DNA of 64,000 nt from Candidatus Omnitrophota bacterium (GCA_049275655.1 JBASUY010000020.1:2651-66650), one strand, 5' to 3'. Counted from the stretch's first letter, positions 39,639 through 49,644 are shown. Numbers and translations are program-made. The notes: generated by a model not told the origin, from the letters alone.

Positions 39639-41231
39639 TCAATTGTTTTTTATGCTGGGGAATCTGCCTAAATCCGTATGAGGAAAAAATAATGCCGCCA
39701 TGTATTCATTCATATATTCCGCGTCAGTAGAAAGGTCAAAATAAGTTATCTGGCGCGCTAATTCTTCTGCTCTCTTTAGCTTTTCAGCCGATAGTAGCAC
39801 TTCTTTGGCCCCGGCTAAAGCGCTATTACCTAAAAAAGAAAAAATACTTCTGTCGGCATCCGGTAAAAGCCCTATGGCTATAGCGCTATCAATATCCAAA
39901 GATGTTCCAAACCCTCCTGAAATAAAAATATTCTCTAAATCAGTTACCTTAAAATTCATATGCTTTAGGAGTATGGATGCGGCAGAGTAAATAGCTGCCT
40001 TAGCGCGTTTTAAATTATCTAAATCCGCTTCGCTGACCGTTATCTCTTCTTTTGTCAATGAATCTTCTTTAAAACAGACTATAAATTCCTTGCCAAAGTC
40101 AGAATTCCTTATTCTCTTATCCTCTTTAATAATCTTACCCCCCTTATCAATTATTCCGCAAGCAAGCATGTTGCGCAAGAGGCTTATGTATCCTGACCCG
40201 CAAATTCCTAATGGTTGCGCTCCCCCAATAACTTTATAATCAATAGATAAGTTTTTTGGGTCTATCGTTACCTTTTCTATTGCCCCCGGCAATGCGCGCA
40301 TTCCATTTTTTAATCCGCTACCCTCAAAAGCAGGCCCTGCAGAAGCAGCAGAGGAAACAATAAACTCTTCATTGCCTAAAGCTATCTCTCCATTAGTCCC
40401 TATATCTATAAGCATACTAATCCCCTTTTTCATATAAAGCCCGCTGGATAGTATCCCGGCGACAGTATCCCCTCCTACATAGCTGGCTACTGCCGGGATA
40501 GAATAAATAACCCCGGAAGGGTTAATATCTATGCCTATCTCTTTAGCCTTTAAAGAAGGAAGGTTATCTTTAAGAGGGTCAAAAGAGTCCCTACGTATAT
40601 AGGCAGGATTCTTTTTAAGTAGAAGATGAATCATTGTAGTATTCCCTGCACAAACCATAAAATCAACATCTTTAATATTCACCTTATTCTCTAAGGCCAA
40701 GGCTCGTATTAATTGATTAATAGTAAAAACAACTGCCCTTTGAAGCTTATCTAAGCCATCGCTTCCTGTAGCGTATATTATGCGCGTGATTATATCCGCA
40801 CCAAAAGAAGCCTGCCTATTATAACTTGTTTTAACCCCTAAAGAGCTCTTTTCATTAATATTGATTATTTCAGCTGAAATTGTAGTCGTCCCTATATCTA
40901 CGGCAAGCCCAAAATCTCCTGAAATATAGGTAGCACTCTCTTGGTTATCAGATAATTGAAAAAGATTATTTTCTAATTGCGGGCTATCTAACCTAGACTC
41001 TAAAGGAATATCCACATCTAAGTTGCTGTTTATAGTAGCCTGACATGCCAAGCAACTCTTCTTCCCTGAAGTTTTTCTTATAAATACCCTACATTTCCCA
41101 CACAATCCATCTCCTGCGCAAATTGAGTTAATATATATGCCGCCTGATAAAGCAGCGGAGAGTATCGTTGTCCCCTCTAAAACCTCAACGCTTTTATTAT
41201 AAGGATAAAATGTCACTTTATATTTTTTCAT
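39639..41231 (-). CDS. Corrinoid activation/regeneration protein (RACo-like): N-terminal 2Fe-2S ferredoxin + ASKHA ATPase
   Basis: 530 aa. N-terminal plant-type ferredoxin cysteines (CAGDGLCGKCRV...C), C-terminal ASKHA-fold glycine-rich segments, and conserved genomic placement between acsD and acsC. Confidence 0.65.
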   Translation of the reverse strand: MKKYKVTFYPYNKSVEVLEGTTILSAALSGGIYINSICAGDGLCGKCRVFIRKTSGKKSCLACQATINSNLDVDIPLESRLDSPQLENNLFQLSDNQESATYISGDFGLAVDIGTTTISAEIININEKSSLGVKTSYNRQASFGADIITRIIYATGSDGLDKLQRAVVFTINQLIRALALENKVNIKDVDFMVCAGNTTMIHLLLKKNPAYIRRDSFDPLKDNLPSLKAKEIGIDINPSGVIYSIPAVASYVGGDTVAGILSSGLYMKKGISMLIDIGTNGEIALGNEEFIVSSAASAGPAFEGSGLKNGMRALPGAIEKVTIDPKNLSIDYKVIGGAQPLGICGSGYISLLRNMLACGIIDKGGKIIKEDKRIRNSDFGKEFIVCFKEDSLTKEEITVSEADLDNLKRAKAAIYSAASILLKHMNFKVTDLENIFISGGFGTSLDIDSAIAIGLLPDADRSIFSFLGNSALAGAKEVLLSAEKLKRAEELARQITYFDLSTDAEYMNEYMAALFFPHTDLGRFPSIKNN

Positions 41232-41255
41232 TATATATTATGTATATGGGTATAT

Positions 41256-42584
41256 TTACAGATTTTTAAGAAAAGAAGGTATGCCTGCAGCTTCTTTTGG
41301 CCCTACGGTTATATTAAAACCTGAAGCTTCCTTTAAATCTCCACTCATCACAGAGACATAGCCGGGAATAATCAAGCAGTTATGCGAGATTAATCCCCTT
41401 ACTTTATATTTTTCAAGAGAATCAGCTATTCTCTTAGGGGTAAATTTTTCTGCTGCCCAGGCAGTTAATACGGACATCCCTTCGGTATCAATGCTTACGA
41501 TATACGAAGGGACTTTACTTGCCTCAACTTCTCCTAAGACCGTAAAATAAGAAAGAGAAAAGTTTGTGGTAACTAACACCGGAGACTTATTACTAACAGC
41601 GCCTACAGAATAAACCTTGGGCTCTATCTGTAATGGTTTTTGCGGGTCGGTATAAATATTTTGACGCAAGGTAAGCAGAGGCAATACTTCAAATACGCTA
41701 AAATTACTGATTAATACGATGCTGGCATACTTTGTAATATAAGTAGCTGCCTCCATTGCTTCCTCATAAGGCGATTTTGCCGAAACTATTACTAAAAAAG
41801 GAAATCCTAAAGAGCGTTGATTTTTTTTAAGCGCAAGCCTTCTGGCTTGGGTTAAATTCCATATATTATCAGAGATGGAGCTTCCCTTAATCTCTAATAC
41901 TATATCCTTATACCCAGACTTATTAAGCTCTCCGGCTAAGCCTGATAAGGTATCTAAGGAATCTGCAGAAACCACCAAAGAGGCTTCTATATCCTTAATT
42001 GCTTTTGCTATCGCAATTAAATCTTCTTTTCCATTATAATAGACTAACGGTTTTTTATCTTTTAAATAAGCTAAAGACCCTTCAAGGGCTTTTAAATCTT
42101 TAAAGATTATTCCTATGGCAAGTTGCGTTATATCCGAAACCAACCTGACTACCTCAATAAACCTTTGAGCGCCTCCTTTTTGCTCTACAACTATGATATT
42201 GGCTTTTAGGGTTTGGCCGACGCGCTCAAATCCCAAGGCATTTATTTTATCAACCCTGTCCTTTATTTCGTTATCCGTCAAGGAGTCCTCTAAAATAAAA
42301 CCTAAAGCACAGGGATTATGGAACTTCTCTTCGTGGCGAAAAAGAACAGTCTCCCCTCCTACTTTAAAGCTGTAATCTTTATTTTTAAGGATGATTGTTT
42401 TTATAGGCGGCTCTGATTGAGATTCAATTATATCCTTAGATTCCTTGCTTACATAAGGGCATTTATCTATAGTCGTTGACTTTTTAACTAATTGCATGGC
42501 AAAGGCAAGGCAAGTAGCAAAGCCGCATTCACGACAGTTAGTCTTTGGTAGAAGTTTATAAATATCCAAGCCTGATAAAGCCAT
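41256..42584 (-). CDS. acsC: Corrinoid iron-sulfur protein large subunit (AcsC / CFeSP gamma)
   Basis: 442 aa. N-terminal 4Fe-4S motif CRECGFATCLAFA...C with a TIM-barrel and a C-terminal B12-binding-like region. Confidence 0.8.
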   Translation of the reverse strand: MALSGLDIYKLLPKTNCRECGFATCLAFAMQLVKKSTTIDKCPYVSKESKDIIESQSEPPIKTIILKNKDYSFKVGGETVLFRHEEKFHNPCALGFILEDSLTDNEIKDRVDKINALGFERVGQTLKANIIVVEQKGGAQRFIEVVRLVSDITQLAIGIIFKDLKALEGSLAYLKDKKPLVYYNGKEDLIAIAKAIKDIEASLVVSADSLDTLSGLAGELNKSGYKDIVLEIKGSSISDNIWNLTQARRLALKKNQRSLGFPFLVIVSAKSPYEEAMEAATYITKYASIVLISNFSVFEVLPLLTLRQNIYTDPQKPLQIEPKVYSVGAVSNKSPVLVTTNFSLSYFTVLGEVEASKVPSYIVSIDTEGMSVLTAWAAEKFTPKRIADSLEKYKVRGLISHNCLIIPGYVSVMSGDLKEASGFNITVGPKEAAGIPSFLKNL

Positions 42585-42611
42585 AATAATTTTAAGTACT
42601 AATTAAAAAGG

Positions 42612-42926
42612 TTATACCTTAAATATTATTGTTAACAACAAGAAAATGAGAATCCCTGAAAAGATGTAAAAATCATAAAAATAGATAAAATCATCTATTC
42701 TCTCTTTCAAAGAAACCGGCTTTTCGGGGGGTTCTTTAGTTTTAGCTAAAGAAGAGAGGGATGACCTTCGGTACTCCTGAATCTGCTCCTTTTTAAACCT
42801 TAAAAAAACGCCTCCTACTTTATAAGCCGGGATTAACCCGGCTTGAGCAAGGTCCATAACTTCTTTTTCTGATATATTTAAAAGTATGGATACTTCCCTT
42901 ACAGTCAAAAGCTTCTCTTCGCTCAT
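42612..42926 (-). CDS. Membrane-anchored excisionase-type HTH (HTH_17) protein
   Basis: 104 aa. N-terminal LLTVREVSILLNISEKEVMDLAQAGLIPAYKVGGVFLRF is an Xis-family HTH. C-terminal FIYFYDFYIFSGILIFLLLTIIF is a TM helix. Confidence 0.55.
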   Translation of the reverse strand: MSEEKLLTVREVSILLNISEKEVMDLAQAGLIPAYKVGGVFLRFKKEQIQEYRRSSLSSLAKTKEPPEKPVSLKERIDDFIYFYDFYIFSGILIFLLLTIIFKV

Positions 42927-42937
42927 ATAGCCTTATT

Positions 42938-43441
42938 TTATTTTTCTATTTTACCCGAAGCAACCCAAGAATCAATTGCCTTCCTCTCAAACTTCCATTC
43001 ATCCCCTTCTTTATGTCCGGGGACTCTCCCGGCATTAGCCCATTCCATAATGGAATTTAAATCAACCTCAAGATATCTGGCAAGCTCATTGGCATTAAGA
43101 AAATCATGAAGCATAGAGCATCTACCTTCAAAAACCGCTCCTTCTGCTATATTTAATTTTACCGGATATATATCCCCTTCAAGTACGGCCGAAGGCAAAA
43201 GAGTGAGCCTCTCTTTAGCAGTAACCTTACCTTTTACTTTCCCACCTATAATAATATTATCCCCTATAATATTTGCATTAACAAAAGCTGTTTGCCCTAT
43301 AGTTAGATTCCCCTTTGCCTCAAGGTTACCCTCAAAATTTCCGTTAATCCTTAAATTAACCGGGTCTTTAAAGCTTAAAGTGCCCTGCATGGAGGCATCA
43401 ACATCTAAAACCTTTAGTTCTGCTTTTTTCTTAAAAGCCAT
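42938..43441 (-). CDS. Bactofilin-domain protein fused to C-terminal excisionase-type HTH
   Basis: 167 aa. Residues ~20-110 are a bactofilin beta-helical repeat (LTIGQTAFVNANIIGDNIIIGGKVKGKV...). The C-terminus LARYLEVDLNSIMEWANAGRVPGHKEGDEWKFER is an HTH_17. Confidence 0.65.
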   Translation of the reverse strand: MAFKKKAELKVLDVDASMQGTLSFKDPVNLRINGNFEGNLEAKGNLTIGQTAFVNANIIGDNIIIGGKVKGKVTAKERLTLLPSAVLEGDIYPVKLNIAEGAVFEGRCSMLHDFLNANELARYLEVDLNSIMEWANAGRVPGHKEGDEWKFERKAIDSWVASGKIEK

Positions 43442-43499
43442 CTTTACCTCCTTTAAGTTTTATTCGTTACTTAAACTTTTTTCCTCTAACCACTCTTTA

Positions 43500-43528
43500 T
43501 ATATATCAAAAAGATACAGAGATGTCAA
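43500..43528 (-). promoter_or_regulatory. sigma70-type promoter for the bactofilin-HTH / acs transcription unit
   Basis: Minus strand: TTGACA (43528..43523), 17 nt, TATATA (43505..43500). Followed by SD AAAGGAGGTAAAG and ATG at 43441. Confidence 0.5.
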
Positions 43529-43542
43529 TTTTATTTATCTTT

Positions 43543-44547
43543 CTAGCTTAAATCCATATTTAAATATAAATTAGACTGCTTCCCCTTTTTAAATAATTGA
43601 TAACCTAACCCCGCTACCATCGCCGCATTATCCATAGAATACGCCAATGGAGGAAAATAACAGGTTAAACTATTTTTTCCAGCTGCATTAAGGAATTTCT
43701 CCCTAAGCCTCTTATTGGCTACAACCCCGCCCCCCAAAAGCAAAATCCGTGACTTTTTAAGCTTACAGGCAAGAAAGGATTTTTTTATTAAAACATCAAT
43801 AACCGTATCCTGAAAAGAAGCGCAAATATCTTTTATCAAAATATCCCTCTTCTTTCTCTTCTTAGAGGTATTTTTATGCAAATAATTTAAGGCTGCGGTT
43901 TTAATTCCGCTAAAACTAAAATCAAACTTTCCCTTAGTCCCGGAGCAATTAAACTTTATGCTTTTTGGGTCCCCCTTTAAAGCAAACCGCTCAATCTCAG
44001 GCCCTCCCGGATACCCTAACCCTAAAATCTTAGCTACTTTATCAAAAGCCTCTCCGCAGGCGTCATCATAAGTTTGCCCTAAAGTGTGTATCCTATCAAA
44101 ATCTCGGATATAAAAAAGGCTCGTATGCCCGCCTGAGGCAACTAATGAAATAAAGGGGAATTTAATGTTATTCTTTCTTTGATTTAATAAATTAGCGTAA
44201 AAGTGGCTGTGTACATGATTTACCCCCAAAAGAGGTATCTTCAAACTTAAGCTAAGGGCCTTGGCAAATGAGATACCTACTAAAAGTGAGCCTGATAACC
44301 CGGGCCCGGAGGTTACGCTAATTAACCCTATATCCTTTAATTTAACGCGCGCCTCTTTTAAGGCGCTTGCTACTACCTCTGATATCGTCTCAAGCTGCAT
44401 GCGTGAGGCAATCTCAGGTATAATCCCTCCGTATTTGCTATGAAATTTTATACTGGAAGCTACCTCATTAGATAAAACCTTGCTGCCGTTACTTACCACA
44501 GCAGCAGAGGTCTCATCGCAAGAAGTCTCAATCCCCAAGACTATCAT
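43543..44547 (-). CDS. tsaD: tRNA N6-adenosine threonylcarbamoyltransferase
   Basis: MIVLGIETSCDETSAAVV is the Kae1/TsaD N-terminus. 334 aa. Confidence 0.9.
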   Translation of the reverse strand: MIVLGIETSCDETSAAVVSNGSKVLSNEVASSIKFHSKYGGIIPEIASRMQLETISEVVASALKEARVKLKDIGLISVTSGPGLSGSLLVGISFAKALSLSLKIPLLGVNHVHSHFYANLLNQRKNNIKFPFISLVASGGHTSLFYIRDFDRIHTLGQTYDDACGEAFDKVAKILGLGYPGGPEIERFALKGDPKSIKFNCSGTKGKFDFSFSGIKTAALNYLHKNTSKKRKKRDILIKDICASFQDTVIDVLIKKSFLACKLKKSRILLLGGGVVANKRLREKFLNAAGKNSLTCYFPPLAYSMDNAAMVAGLGYQLFKKGKQSNLYLNMDLS

Positions 44548-45326
44548 TTTACCAACTCCGAAATAAAAACAAACTTATAACCTTCTCTTTCGATCTTAGG
44601 CATCTCTTCTTTTAAGGCTAAAATGGTATTCTTCCGATCATGGCCAATGCCTATAGCATAGCCGTTTTTTTTAGCCTTAGATTTAAGCAATTGGATCTGT
44701 TTTTTTATGTATTCCAATTCATTTTTATTGTCGATAAAAATATCCCTTTTAGCAAAACGTAAACCGTGCCTTTTAGCCGCATCAAGGCATTTAGAGGTTG
44801 ATATAACGTAACTATCTAAAAAGAAGAGGTTGCGTTTTTTAAGCTCTTTAAAGACCACTTCCATAGTCTTTAGGCTACTTGTAGCTTTAGAACCCATATG
44901 GTTATTTACGCCCTTTACGTTTCCTACAGAATCAAGGCTTTTTAAGATAATACCCTGGATCTCTTCTTCTTGCATGGAAGTTTTAATCGTATCCTTCTCC
45001 ATTGCGTTTTTCCCCTCCGGCTCCATAGGCAGATGCAGGATGATTTCAAATCCCTGAGTAGTCAAATCTTTAGAGATTTTTTTTGAATAAGCAAGGTTGG
45101 GCAATACTGATACCGTTAAAGGCAAGTTTATCTTTTCTAAAAGGGGGATGTTATTTAAATTATAACCCCAATCGTCTAAAACAATAGCTATCCTACCTAA
45201 ACAGGCTTTCTTAGGAGGAATAATTCTTTCTTTGGGTTTTCTGACAAAAGGAATTGAAACTATAAGCAGAATAATAAAAACAAAAACAACGAGAGTTAAA
45301 AAGAGGGTATCTTTTTCTTTTGTCAA
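44544..45326 (-). CDS. Divergent polysaccharide deacetylase family protein (YibQ-like)
   Basis: N-terminal TM anchor, then IAIVLDDWGYN...LHLPME, typical of the YibQ family. Confidence 0.65.
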   Translation of the reverse strand: MTKEKDTLFLTLVVFVFIILLIVSIPFVRKPKERIIPPKKACLGRIAIVLDDWGYNLNNIPLLEKINLPLTVSVLPNLAYSKKISKDLTTQGFEIILHLPMEPEGKNAMEKDTIKTSMQEEEIQGIILKSLDSVGNVKGVNNHMGSKATSSLKTMEVVFKELKKRNLFFLDSYVISTSKCLDAAKRHGLRFAKRDIFIDNKNELEYIKKQIQLLKSKAKKNGYAIGIGHDRKNTILALKEEMPKIEREGYKFVFISELVK

Positions 45327-46486
45327 TTTCTACTTCCCTCATATATTTTAAGGGCCTTTAAGAGGTCTAATGCCCTTAAAATTTGTTTATCCTCATCTTC
45401 AACTAAAATGTCCGGGATAACCCCTTTACCGCTTATCTCTTTATCTTCAGGCGTAAAATATTTACTAGTAGTTAACTTTAAGGCAGAGCCGTCATGTAAG
45501 GGGATAGCGCTTTGCACAGATCCCTTACCAAAAGATTTACTCCCAATTATTACCGCCCTTTTATGACTCTTTAAGGCAGAAGCAAGTATCTCGCTTCCTG
45601 AGGCTGAACCGCCATTAATTAAAACCACCATGGGTATATTAAGCAAAGGGTCTTTATCTTTAGAAAAAAGGGTAAGGTTTTGTTTTTCTTTTTTCCCTTT
45701 GGTATAAACTATAAGTTTACCTTCGGGTAAAAATTTACCGGCCACAGAGACAGCAGAATCTAAAAGCCCTCCAGGATTATTGCGTAAATCTAAAATCAAA
45801 GCCTTGATACCTTCTTTAAGCAAATTATTTATAGCAGTATTTAAATTTTTAATTGTATCTTCCGCAAACTGAGATATCTTTATATACCCTATCTTATCTT
45901 CTAAAATTAAGGCGTCTTTAATATCTTTTATCTGAATAATCCCCCGTATTATTTTAAACTCAAGGAGCTTTCTTTCAGATTCTCTTAGTATAGTAAAATG
46001 TACGGCCTCCCCCGGCTTTCCCCTAATTCTTTTAACCGCATCGCTTAAAAGCATATCCCGCGTAATTTCATTGTTTATCTTTACAATTCTATCCAAAGGC
46101 TTAATCCCTGCTTCCCAAGCAGGGGTATCTTCAATAGGGGTAATTACGGTAAGCAAGCCATCTTTAATGGTTATCTCTATACCAATTCCCCCAAATTTTC
46201 CCTTAGCCCCTTGTTTTAGTTCATTGTATGTATCTTGATCTAAAAATTGACTGTGTAAATCTAAAGATGCAAGCATGCCTTTTAATGCCCCGTAGATTAA
46301 TTCTTTAGGCTTAATCTTTTCAGGGTATTCAGATTCAATTATTGATAAAGCCTCGGAAAAAAGGCTCAGTTGTTTATATATTTCATCCTTGTTATTCTTT
46401 TCGCTTATTTTAGAAAAAGAGGCAGTAAAGACAAGAAATAGAAACAGATTTAAAAGGAATAAAAAAATAAAAAACCTTTTATGCAT
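45323..46486 (-). CDS. ctpA: Carboxy-terminal processing protease (S41 family) with PDZ domain
   Basis: Signal peptide, PDZ domain, S41 catalytic region (GGSASGSEIL, K in SFGKGSVQ). Confidence 0.85.
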   Translation of the reverse strand: MHKRFFIFLFLLNLFLFLVFTASFSKISEKNNKDEIYKQLSLFSEALSIIESEYPEKIKPKELIYGALKGMLASLDLHSQFLDQDTYNELKQGAKGKFGGIGIEITIKDGLLTVITPIEDTPAWEAGIKPLDRIVKINNEITRDMLLSDAVKRIRGKPGEAVHFTILRESERKLLEFKIIRGIIQIKDIKDALILEDKIGYIKISQFAEDTIKNLNTAINNLLKEGIKALILDLRNNPGGLLDSAVSVAGKFLPEGKLIVYTKGKKEKQNLTLFSKDKDPLLNIPMVVLINGGSASGSEILASALKSHKRAVIIGSKSFGKGSVQSAIPLHDGSALKLTTSKYFTPEDKEISGKGVIPDILVEDEDKQILRALDLLKALKIYEGSRN

Positions 46487-47912
46487 TGAGAGTATCTTTT
46501 AGCAGTTCTTTAGCTATCTTAGGATTGGCCTTGCCTTTGGATTTACGCATTAATTGCCCTACTAAAAACATAAGTGCATTTTCCTTGCCGGATTTGTAAT
46601 CTTCTGCTGATTTAGGGTTTTCTTTTATAACCTCTACCACCATCTCTTTTAATGCGCCCTCTTCAGATATCTGAGCAAGGTTCTTTTCTTTTATGATATC
46701 CGTAGGCAGCTTACCGGTATTTATCATCTCGGTCAAAACTATCTTTGCGGATAAAAGAGAGATTTCATTCTTTTCTGTAAGCGCTATAAGTTGAAGTAAA
46801 TTTTTAGAGGTTACCCCTAATTTAGATATGCTCATATTTCTATCATTTGCCTCTTTAAGTAACGGCCCGATAAACCAATTAGAGACTGCCTTTTTGTCTT
46901 TATTAGGGTAAACCTTGAAAGATTCTTCGGCAAAATTTGCATCTTGACAGGAAGCAACAAGAATTCTTGCGTCATATTCAGGCAGACCATACTCTTTAAT
47001 AAAACGACAGCTTTTTTCATAAGGCAACTCAGGAATAGTATCTTTAATCTCTTTAACCATGGACTCAGTTATTTTTAAAGGCGGTAAATCAGGATCCGGA
47101 AAATACCTATAGTCCTTAGCTGCTTCTTTTGTGCGCATGGAAATAGTCTTTAGTTCTTTTGCATCCCAAAGCCGCGTCTCTTGAATAACCATTGAGCCGG
47201 AACCTAATAATTCTGCCTGCCTCTTTATCTCATAGGTAAGCGCATCCTTAACCCCTTTAAAAGAATTCATATTCTTTATCTCTGTTTTAACCCCTAATTT
47301 TTTTTCTCCTTTAGGCCTAAGAGATACATTTGCGTCGCAACGCAAAGAACCCTTCTCCATATCACAATCAGAGACATCTAAATATTCAATAACACTCTTT
47401 AAAGTTGATAGATACAAATGCGCCTCTTCGGGCGAGGTTAGCTCTGGCTGACTAACTATTTCAAGCAAGGGCATCCCTGCACGGTTAAAATCTATAAGGC
47501 TTACGCCTTCTTCGTGTATTAACTTACCTGCGTCCTCTTCTATGTGTACCCGGGCTATGCCAATAGGTTTTACCCCTGCAAGAGTAGGCAAATTTAAATA
47601 CCCGTCTAAAGACAGAGGAAAGTCATATTGGGAGATTTGGTAGTTTTTAGATAAGTCCGGGTAAAAATAATTCTTCCGGTCAAATTTTGTGTATTTTTGC
47701 ACCTTACAATTTAAGGCAAGCGCAACCTTAATTGCATATTCAAGGACCTTTTTGTTAAATAGAGGCAAGGCTCCCGGAAGGCCTAAACAAGACGGACAGG
47801 TTTGCGTATTAGGCCCTTTACCAAATTCAGTAGAACATCCGCAAAAAGCCTTTGTCTTAGTGGATAATTGTAGATGGACCTCTAACCCTATTACTGCTTC
47901 ATACTCTTTCAT
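46479..47912 (-). CDS. gatB: Asp/Glu-tRNA(Asn/Gln) amidotransferase subunit B
   Basis: 477 aa with GatB motifs and the C-terminal YqeY-like tail. Confidence 0.9.
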   Translation of the reverse strand: MKEYEAVIGLEVHLQLSTKTKAFCGCSTEFGKGPNTQTCPSCLGLPGALPLFNKKVLEYAIKVALALNCKVQKYTKFDRKNYFYPDLSKNYQISQYDFPLSLDGYLNLPTLAGVKPIGIARVHIEEDAGKLIHEEGVSLIDFNRAGMPLLEIVSQPELTSPEEAHLYLSTLKSVIEYLDVSDCDMEKGSLRCDANVSLRPKGEKKLGVKTEIKNMNSFKGVKDALTYEIKRQAELLGSGSMVIQETRLWDAKELKTISMRTKEAAKDYRYFPDPDLPPLKITESMVKEIKDTIPELPYEKSCRFIKEYGLPEYDARILVASCQDANFAEESFKVYPNKDKKAVSNWFIGPLLKEANDRNMSISKLGVTSKNLLQLIALTEKNEISLLSAKIVLTEMINTGKLPTDIIKEKNLAQISEEGALKEMVVEVIKENPKSAEDYKSGKENALMFLVGQLMRKSKGKANPKIAKELLKDTLNA

Positions 47913-47913
47913 C

Positions 47914-49350
47914 TTATTTTAGATTTGGCTTTATCTTATGCCACTTAGTGTTTTGCTCATAGGCAAATGCTAAAGAGAATATTTTTTCTTCATCAAAATG
48001 ATTAGCTAATATCTGCAAGCCCACCGGTAAACCGTTTTTAGTAAAACCGCAGGGTAAGGATATCGCCGGAATTCCTGTTAAATTCGCAGATATGGTATAA
48101 ATATCTGCGAAATATTTTTTTAAAGGATCGGTAAACTTTTCCCCTACTTTAAACGTAAGAGTAGGAAAAGTAGGGCTTAAGATACAGTCAAAATCTTTAA
48201 ATAACTTATCAAAATCATTCTTTATTAGGGTGCGCACCTTTAAGGCGCGTAAATAATAATCTTCGTAATATTTATGAGAAAGAAAAAGAGTCCCTAATAT
48301 AATTCTGCGCTTGGCTTCAGTGCCAAAGCCTTCAGCGCGGGTCTTTTTATACATATCAATAATATTTTCGGATTTACTCTGCAAACCGTAACGAACTCCA
48401 TCAAACTTAGCCATGCTTGAACTTGCCTCAGCAGTAGCAATAATATAATAGGCTGCGGCAGCATAATCAACATGAGGTATAGAGACCTCCTTAAAAGTAA
48501 CCCCCAGCCTCTTTAATTCCTCAATAGCCTCTTTTATGCAAGAAGATACCTCTGGGTCTAAATATTTAGCAAAATATTCTTTAGGGTAGGCTACCTTAAA
48601 CCCCTGTATATCCTTGCCTAAAGCTTTTAAATAATCAGGGACAGGAAGGTTAACTGAAGTAGCATCTTTTGTGTCTTGCCCTGAGATTATCTTTAATAGG
48701 AGTGCGCTATCATGAACATCCTTAGTAATTGGCCCAATCTGGTCTAAACTTGAAGCAAAGGCGATTAATCCATAACGAGAGACCCTTCCATAGGTAGGCT
48801 TTAATCCTACTACCCCACAAAAAGCAGAGGGCTGACGAATTGAACCTCCGGTATCTGAGCCAAGCGCCCATATTGCACTATCTGCGGCAACTGCAGCGGC
48901 AGAACCCCCGGAAGAGCCTCCGGAAACATAATCTAAATTCCAAGGGTTACGCGTAACCCCAAAGCAGGAATTTTCTGTGGAAGAACCAAAAGCAAATTCA
49001 TCCATATTAGTCTTCTTATCAAAAAAAGAGTTCCCAGATTCTTTTATCTTAGTAATTACAGTAGCGTCAAAAGGAGGGATAAATCCTGAGAGAATCTTAG
49101 AACAACACTCTGTGGGGTAGCCTTCGGTAGATATATTATCTTTAATAGATACAGGTATTCCTTGATTTTTATCAGCATAAACTTTCTGCGTAGCCTTTCC
49201 ATTGCCTCTTCTTACATAAGCATTAAGGGTTTCGTCTATCTCATCAATCCGTTTTTGTAAAGAATTGACTATATCTTGCCCAAGGACCTCCCCCTGCTTT
49301 ATCTTATCTAAAAGCTCATGGGCTGTTAAGGCATTCAGTTCTTTTTTCAT
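47914..49350 (-). CDS. gatA: Asp/Glu-tRNA(Asn/Gln) amidotransferase subunit A
   Basis: Amidase signature (GGSSGGSAAAVAA, Ser-cisSer-Lys triad region). Confidence 0.9.
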   Translation of the reverse strand: MKKELNALTAHELLDKIKQGEVLGQDIVNSLQKRIDEIDETLNAYVRRGNGKATQKVYADKNQGIPVSIKDNISTEGYPTECCSKILSGFIPPFDATVITKIKESGNSFFDKKTNMDEFAFGSSTENSCFGVTRNPWNLDYVSGGSSGGSAAAVAADSAIWALGSDTGGSIRQPSAFCGVVGLKPTYGRVSRYGLIAFASSLDQIGPITKDVHDSALLLKIISGQDTKDATSVNLPVPDYLKALGKDIQGFKVAYPKEYFAKYLDPEVSSCIKEAIEELKRLGVTFKEVSIPHVDYAAAAYYIIATAEASSSMAKFDGVRYGLQSKSENIIDMYKKTRAEGFGTEAKRRIILGTLFLSHKYYEDYYLRALKVRTLIKNDFDKLFKDFDCILSPTFPTLTFKVGEKFTDPLKKYFADIYTISANLTGIPAISLPCGFTKNGLPVGLQILANHFDEEKIFSLAFAYEQNTKWHKIKPNLK

Positions 49351-49359
49351 CTTGTAGTA

Positions 49360-49644
49360 TTACTCAATTATTTTGGGGACTAAAAAGAAGTTTCCCTTCT
49401 TTAAAGGGGCATTAGCTAATGCTTTTTCTATTGGAAGCGAATCTTCCACCAGGTCATCCCTTAAAAGATTATCCATTAAGATAGCTTGGATTGTAGGAGG
49501 GGTATTATCTATATTTACCTCTTTAAGCCTATCAATAAAACTAAGTATATGCTTAAATTCTTTGGAGAACTTAACAAGCTCATCTTCCGTTAATTCTATC
49601 CGCGCTAAATTAGCTATACCTTCAACTATCTTATTATCTATCAT
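49360..49644 (-). CDS. gatC: Asp/Glu-tRNA(Asn/Gln) amidotransferase subunit C
   Basis: 94 aa with GatC-like sequence, upstream of gatA. Confidence 0.85.
   Translation of the reverse strand: MIDNKIVEGIANLARIELTEDELVKFSKEFKHILSFIDRLKEVNIDNTPPTIQAILMDNLLRDDLVEDSLPIEKALANAPLKKGNFFLVPKIIE

Noticed and set aside
46832-47020. Minus-strand 62-aa ORF inside gatB
   Set aside because: It is a different frame of the same strand, wholly within gatB, with no independent signals.
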